Shown: piece after piece, positions 58,514-64,000 of the stretch
Numbering within the stretch: position 1 is the first letter of the stretch
Layout: each line of letters begins with the position of its first letter
Virus record (IMG/VR): IMGVR_UViG_3300030107_006824
Span: 6,255-70,254 of that record
From: a virus
Length of the DNA: 64,000 bases
Reading direction: 5' to 3' (one strand)
Notes under the pieces: model-generated
The model's input: the letters and a program-made list of their open reading frames with translations, nothing else
Told to the model about the DNA's origin: nothing
Database searches by the model: none
Position numbers and translations under genes: made by a program

Positions 58514-59053
58514 TTAAGAGTTGCTCAATTCACTATAAACTTTAGCCCATATTGCATTTATAGCATTATCGATCGGTTCAGAAAACTGGGAATCATCTTT
58601 AAATATAGATGTAAGTTCTCTCATTACTCGATCAGCACCAGCAAGAATTAGCCCACGCTTATCTGTTGATCTATTAATACGTTCGCTGGTCTCAATGTGA
58701 GAACGTAATTCTTTTTCAAGTGCAGCTAACCTAGCAGCTCCATCACTCCCCTTAATTTCACCACTATTGATAGCTAAACGTAGATCTTGAATGTCAGAAT
58801 GTAATGCTGCTATTTCACTATTTAAAATTTCTCTTCTGTTTAATTTCTTGTATTTCATCTTCACCCAGCGTACTAAATCATTAAATGTACCTGGATACTC
58901 AAGAATTCCTGCATATACCCAGATCTCAATAACTGAAGGACAGTTATCTGCAAATTCTACAAAATGATCGGAATCTGCTGCTGGAAGAGTATCTAACCAT
59001 TTATCAACTGTATTTAAATATACTTTACAGTTTTTAGACTTAACCGTTGTCAT
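58514..59053 (-). CDS. Putative terminase small subunit
   Basis: All-helical 179-aa protein two genes upstream of terL. Confidence 0.45.
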   Translation of the reverse strand: MTTVKSKNCKVYLNTVDKWLDTLPAADSDHFVEFADNCPSVIEIWVYAGILEYPGTFNDLVRWVKMKYKKLNRREILNSEIAALHSDIQDLRLAINSGEIKGSDGAARLAALEKELRSHIETSERINRSTDKRGLILAGADRVMRELTSIFKDDSQFSEPIDNAINAIWAKVYSELSNS

Positions 59054-61644
59054 TAGAAACTCCTAGCCAGATTCTTGGCATACTGATGTTGATTAGCTCT
59101 TGTTTTAGCTTGTAATCTATTTTCATGAGACATTGTACTTCGATCTTCAGTAGCTCTATTGCTATCTGTTAATCTACCTTCTGACGCTCTATTGCTTTCC
59201 GTAGCCCTAGTCTCAGCTCCTTCTGTAGTAAGTCGATTTGTATCTGTTAATCTTGTTTGCTCACCTGTCGTTTTTATTGTATCTCTTTCTTCTTCTGCTT
59301 TATTACTGTCTGTTAACCTAGTCTGCTCACCTTCTACTCCTAGAGTAGTTCTTCCTTCTTCTGCTCGATTACTATCTGTCAATCTTGTTTCAATTCCTCT
59401 CGTTTCCTCTAAAGCTCTCGCTTCAATACCTTCTGCAGCGGTATTTCCTCTATCCTGAACTCCCTGAGCATTAATTTCATTTATATTTGCATCTGATTGT
59501 GCTGAAATATTTCCTTGCTCTACATACCCTCCTGTAAGAAGTTCCTGTTGTGCTGCGGTTGACCTAGCACCTATTAATCCCTCTTCTAATTCCGCTTCAA
59601 CTTCCATTTCGTCAATTTCATTCTGACTTGCTGCATCTGCTACATGAATGTTGGTCAATCCAGTAGCATAGATATTTCCTTGGTCTACTTGTCCTTTAGT
59701 AGTTATAGTATCCCTGTCCTCGTCGCCTTTTGCAGCAATTTCACTTAATTCAGCAACATTTTCAGCACCTATTTTGGTCACGTCTACAAAACCCTGATCA
59801 AAAATTTGATCATGCGTTGCTTCTGATTTAGCCTCAACTAAATCAATGTCTGCTTCGCTTTGTGTCACAATCTCATCAGTTTTAACATCACCTTGAGTTA
59901 GAACTAAATCCTCAGCAATGTCTCCCTCAAGCTCTGTTTGTGTAAGTTCATTATCTGCTTCAAAACCTGTCTGAACTAAAGTTCTAATTGCTTCATTATC
60001 TGCTTTATCTTCTCCCAAATCATGAGTTGCTCCCAAGAAACTCATTCCATAATTAAATTCATCTGCATTTAATAACGATGTGTTGCGTAATTCGTTTAGG
60101 CTAGCCACATTCATTAATGCTTCCGTAATAGCACCCTGAGTCCAAGCTTCACTTTCAGTTGCTGCATTTTCAAATGCAGCCTCTCCTATATGTATTGCCA
60201 TCAGGTCTCTGGCTGCTTTATCAGCTTCAGTCATATCTTCTGGATCTTTTCCAGCCCAGGTCTTCCACATATTTGCAAACGATTCACCCATAGAGCCCAG
60301 TCCCGTAGATACCGTGTCAACATCTTCCTGATCAGGTGTTTCATCTCCAGCTCCAGGATTATCTTCGGTAGAGCCTCCAGCTCCAGGATTGTCTTCAGTG
60401 GAGCCTCCAGCTGGAGGACTGGGATTCATAAGACTATCCAGCAACCCAGGATTGTCTGCTAAAAACTGTTCAGCCGCCGTTAGTTTATTTTCATCTTCTT
60501 CTCCTTTGTTATCACCACTACCCTCATCATCATCCTTAGATAATGCATCGATCATACCTATAGCGTCAGATACCCTATTATCCTCTTCTCCGCCTTCTGA
60601 ATTTTCATTAGCATCCTCATTTTCTTTATCTTTTTCATTTCGACGAGCCTCTGCTTTTTCTGCTGCAGTCAATCTTATTTCTTCGGTTTCTTCGGACACA
60701 CCCTCACCTTCAGCTTCTGTACCACTTCTTGTGTTGAGTCCTGCTAATAATCCAGCCATCTCCCCACTATCTGAACCAGTACCTGTGCCACCTTCGTTAC
60801 CAGTTACTGCTGGAGGAGCCGTTTCAGGATTAGATTCATAATCAGGAATATTTGCACCTGACGTTAATGAAAATTCTACTTCATCAGCAATACTTGTATC
60901 CTTAGTTTCTACAGCATCCCCAGGTTTAGGATCAACAACAGCTGGATTAACGCCTACTGCATTTAGCATGGCGGTTAAATTAGCAATACTTGGAGTGATA
61001 TCTTTTATTCCTGCAGAATCGGCGGCGGTAATTGCAGCTGTATTATCTTTACTACCTCCAGTACTTCCAGTGCCTCCAGTATCTCCAGTCCCTGCAGCAC
61101 CAGAACTTGTAGCACTAACCATCTCCTCATTTACGGTACTTGTTGCAGTTGGATCCCAGGGGACGGAAGGAGTTCCACCACTAGTTAAGCCTGATGTAGA
61201 AGTTCCACCGCTATTATTTATAATTTCGTTTTGATTATGTGCAATCAAATCAACATCGCCTTGAGCTACGGTTGAATAAGCCATTGCAGCTTCATGGGCA
61301 CTTGCCCTGGCATCACCAGCAGTTCTATATTGTGCTCCCTCTGGCTGCCCTTTCGTATTATCGGTTGTCGCATTAGGATCCATGCCTATGTGCGTGTCTA
61401 ATTTGCTTTGTCCCGCCCATATCTCTTCAGCAGTAAATCTGGGGTCATTTGGTATTCGGGGTTCATCAGGAGCAGGATTTGGATCACCCCTTCTTTCTTG
61501 AGGATTCCCAGACCATGGTTTAAAGGCTTGGTCTGCTAAACCCTGGATATCTTTTCTTTCGCCAGCATACTCAACAGCTTGTTCTCTCGGAGCTTTAGTA
61601 GTACCTTTTTGCCGTGCTATCTCCGCTTGACTTTTGTACATCAT
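59053..61644 (-). CDS. Acidic putative ejection/internal virion protein with 11-residue repeats
   Basis: GEQTRLTDSN-type hendecad repeats; 30-bp tandem duplication near 60345-60410. Confidence 0.6.
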   Translation of the reverse strand: MMYKSQAEIARQKGTTKAPREQAVEYAGERKDIQGLADQAFKPWSGNPQERRGDPNPAPDEPRIPNDPRFTAEEIWAGQSKLDTHIGMDPNATTDNTKGQPEGAQYRTAGDARASAHEAAMAYSTVAQGDVDLIAHNQNEIINNSGGTSTSGLTSGGTPSVPWDPTATSTVNEEMVSATSSGAAGTGDTGGTGSTGGSKDNTAAITAADSAGIKDITPSIANLTAMLNAVGVNPAVVDPKPGDAVETKDTSIADEVEFSLTSGANIPDYESNPETAPPAVTGNEGGTGTGSDSGEMAGLLAGLNTRSGTEAEGEGVSEETEEIRLTAAEKAEARRNEKDKENEDANENSEGGEEDNRVSDAIGMIDALSKDDDEGSGDNKGEEDENKLTAAEQFLADNPGLLDSLMNPSPPAGGSTEDNPGAGGSTEDNPGAGDETPDQEDVDTVSTGLGSMGESFANMWKTWAGKDPEDMTEADKAARDLMAIHIGEAAFENAATESEAWTQGAITEALMNVASLNELRNTSLLNADEFNYGMSFLGATHDLGEDKADNEAIRTLVQTGFEADNELTQTELEGDIAEDLVLTQGDVKTDEIVTQSEADIDLVEAKSEATHDQIFDQGFVDVTKIGAENVAELSEIAAKGDEDRDTITTKGQVDQGNIYATGLTNIHVADAASQNEIDEMEVEAELEEGLIGARSTAAQQELLTGGYVEQGNISAQSDANINEINAQGVQDRGNTAAEGIEARALEETRGIETRLTDSNRAEEGRTTLGVEGEQTRLTDSNKAEEERDTIKTTGEQTRLTDTNRLTTEGAETRATESNRASEGRLTDSNRATEDRSTMSHENRLQAKTRANQHQYAKNLARSF

Positions 61645-61729
61645 TTTGACTTACTTCAACTAAATACCTATCCCTATTCTAATATTATTAATTATTAGTA
61701 AAATAGACGAAGACTTCCTAATAAAAGCT

Positions 61730-62728
61730 ATGTCTAACACAATGAATAGAATGGCTAATATCATTAATGCATCTGTTGATACTTATGGCAAGATAAGGGA
61801 TTTAAATTCTTTTGACCTCAATCCTGCAAGAATATACCTATCAAACAAGGCAAATGAAGATGCTATAACTCAGGCAAATGAAAAAGCACAAATAGAGTTA
61901 GCTTTAAATGAAATGGATACTCAAGATAAGGCTGCTTTGGGTGAAGCTGCATCTAGGTATGACTTAAGGAAAGAACGAAATGAAGATATAACTGGGTCAA
62001 TCGCTGCATTAGGTACAGCAGTGCTGAGAAGAATGGAGGATGCTGAATTTGATGAAAGACTGGCGGATCTCGAACGTGAATTAGGAAAATCCTCTATATC
62101 GACATCTTTACCGAAGGTTGTATATCAGGATTCATATGGTCCCTTAATTAATAAGGTGAAAGCAGAGAGGGACCGCATCCTTCGCGGAGAAGATCCTTCT
62201 GCTATGGAAATAGAATTGTCTAATCCTAATAATCAAAGTAACGAAAGAACTAACAATAGCGCTTCAAATTCTACTGGTAATGATGCCATCCTTGCGAGCT
62301 TCAACCCTAATAACAACAGACAGAGAGTTCCACTTTTGATTGGATCAACAGGTAGATCAACTGGTCCTCATGTACACCTTGAACTATATACTCCTGGGGG
62401 AAAGCCTGTGGATCCTACTCCTTATTTAGAAGATGGCTTAGTCTTTGGAGAAGATGGTCAACCATTTCTTACATCAACTAACCAAACTGATGGTTTTGGA
62501 CTCAGGACACATCCAGTTACAGGAGAGCCAAATACAATGCATAGGGGTGTAGATATAGGTGGTGAATACAATCAACCAATATATATTGAGGGAGAAGTAG
62601 CTGACGCTTATGAAACACCAAATGGAGGCAAGACAGTAGTGATTAAAAAGCTACCAGGTTTCCCAGAGGGTTGGACACTAAAGGCTTTACATCTTAATGA
62701 TTTGCCTATCGTTCCTGGAGCGATTTAA
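61730..62728 (+). CDS. Helical N-domain fused to a circularly permuted M23 peptidase
   Basis: GSTGRSTGPHVHLE lies before FGLRTHPVTG...HRGVDIG...LHL. Confidence 0.8.
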   Translation: MSNTMNRMANIINASVDTYGKIRDLNSFDLNPARIYLSNKANEDAITQANEKAQIELALNEMDTQDKAALGEAASRYDLRKERNEDITGSIAALGTAVLRRMEDAEFDERLADLERELGKSSISTSLPKVVYQDSYGPLINKVKAERDRILRGEDPSAMEIELSNPNNQSNERTNNSASNSTGNDAILASFNPNNNRQRVPLLIGSTGRSTGPHVHLELYTPGGKPVDPTPYLEDGLVFGEDGQPFLTSTNQTDGFGLRTHPVTGEPNTMHRGVDIGGEYNQPIYIEGEVADAYETPNGGKTVVIKKLPGFPEGWTLKALHLNDLPIVPGAI

Positions 62729-63537
62729 ACGATAATAGCCCAACCGTCACTATCTCCAGCAACAGTCCACCGTGAATTAAGCAGATTGTTGGAGTACCTT
62801 TGATTTCCCCCTTCAGTTGAAATGTAATAGCCTGTAGCGTGATCTAACTCACCCCATGGGTCCATTACCCAGACCCCTTCCCCGAAATAACCGTATACAC
62901 AGATCCAGTGCCCTGTTCCTGAAGGTGAAGATGCTGGGCCATGGTGCAATATACCAATTGGCACAGGAATCCCCTTGTCAATCTGATCTTTTAAAGTTTC
63001 TAATGAACAACTTTGGCTAAACCTAGCATCAACACCGTATCGACTGAGGGCTTCAATTTGTACCCACGCCTCAGTAGTATCCCCAATGCTGAATACTGTT
63101 TTAATGTACTCATCATCACCACGTTCGCCTTGTAATGTACCAGGCTTAATTGTTTCTAACAACATCGCGCAAGACGATGAGAAACAAGTTCTACTAGAAT
63201 CTCTAAAATTATCCCTTTGTGAATAATACTTTGTATCTAATTTCTTAGGTGTCATACCTACATATAACTCTGGCTCTACACCTAAGCCTGACCAGTGATC
63301 ATTATAAATAAACCATGTACCACCGTTGTGAGATAAGACTACTTTCGTATGACCATTTCCACTTTTTCCTTTCCAAACAACACTATACGTCTTTCCAGTT
63401 TCAACTTTTACTTTCTCAGTTTCAGGCAAAGAACTTGCTTGTATAGGCTCTTTTTTGAGATAAGTATCTATTATTGCTTCAATCTTATAAATAATTTCTG
63501 ACTCTTGGTCTTCATACTGAGGTACACTTAAGTCCAT
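62725..63537 (-). CDS. Endolysin, C39-like cysteine peptidase
   Basis: YYSQRDN...TCFSSSCAM, GHW, DPWG catalytic residues. Confidence 0.85.
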   Translation of the reverse strand: MDLSVPQYEDQESEIIYKIEAIIDTYLKKEPIQASSLPETEKVKVETGKTYSVVWKGKSGNGHTKVVLSHNGGTWFIYNDHWSGLGVEPELYVGMTPKKLDTKYYSQRDNFRDSSRTCFSSSCAMLLETIKPGTLQGERGDDEYIKTVFSIGDTTEAWVQIEALSRYGVDARFSQSCSLETLKDQIDKGIPVPIGILHHGPASSPSGTGHWICVYGYFGEGVWVMDPWGELDHATGYYISTEGGNQRYSNNLLNSRWTVAGDSDGWAIIV

Positions 63538-63604
63538 GATCTATTTAATAATTATTATACTTATACATTCTATTACTTAATTACCTAACTCTCAAAATAC
63601 GCAA

Positions 63605-64000
63605 TTACGGCCAAATGTTCTTCAATAACCAGGATAAGGGGTTATTATCATCATTGGCCATACGAGTTTGTTTATCTGCTTCTATCTTCCTCAATTCCAA
63701 ATTAATTTCTTGTTTCTTCCTCTCCAGATCAAGATTTTCCCGATGAATCTGCCTTTTAAGATCTATTGTAGCGGTATTTTGATTGTATATTTGTTGATTT
63801 TCAGCTTGTTGCTGTGCTAGCTCAAGTAACTTCATATTTAAGTCAGAAACCCTAGTATTTTTTTGGTATGTGAGTGTATCCTCCCTAGCCTGATCGAGAT
63901 CAGCGCGCCCCAGCCCATATTTAATACCCCCAATTTTTAATTTTTGCGCTTCGATTATGTCCTTACGTTTATTAGCTGCTGCATTTTTGATTATAGCATC
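63605..64000 (-). CDS. Coiled-coil protein, 5'-truncated by the window
   Basis: Frame stays open from 63835 up to 64000. Confidence 0.6.
   Translation of the reverse strand, partial: DAIIKNAAANKRKDIIEAQKLKIGGIKYGLGRADLDQAREDTLTYQKNTRVSDLNMKLLELAQQQAENQQIYNQNTATIDLKRQIHRENLDLERKKQEINLELRKIEADKQTRMANDDNNPLSWLLKNIWP

Noticed and set aside
1-64000. Stop-codon reassignment
   Set aside because: Conserved genes are full-length under the standard code, and TAA, TAG and TGA all terminate recognisable proteins.

Overview
AT-rich 64-kb segment of a tailed cyanophage genome; the ORFs at both window edges are open. The + strand (about 2-27 kb) carries host-takeover and replication genes: psbA, hli, a psbN missed by the ORF track, infA, a class I RNR alpha/beta pair, thyX, a MazG-like NTP-PPase, two SSB-like proteins, a PD-(D/E)XK nuclease, a primase-VapE helicase, a split family A DNA polymerase, and a glutamine (glnA-type) riboswitch driving a YRG/DUF4278-like peptide. 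The - strand (about 28-64 kb) carries nblA, a tyrosine recombinase, two tail fibres with S74 chaperone domains, major capsid, a group-2-like sigma factor, scaffold, portal, terminase, low-complexity putative internal virion proteins and a C39-like endolysin. The gene set resembles the S-EIV1-like cyanophage lineage (my inference). Most notable: (1) four closely spaced enzyme homologs (HNH, DNA MTase, M15 peptidase, dCMP deaminase) that have each lost catalytic residues, lying between the helicase and the polymerase; (2) a shared acidic C-terminal Phe tail on many replication proteins; (3) a circularly permuted M23 peptidase; (4) a 506-nt same-strand portal/scaffold overlap; (5) a dispersed two-hairpin element with covariation; (6) a 1000-bp cassette bounded by a duplicated terminator half. 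All calls are by eye from motifs; no database searches were run.
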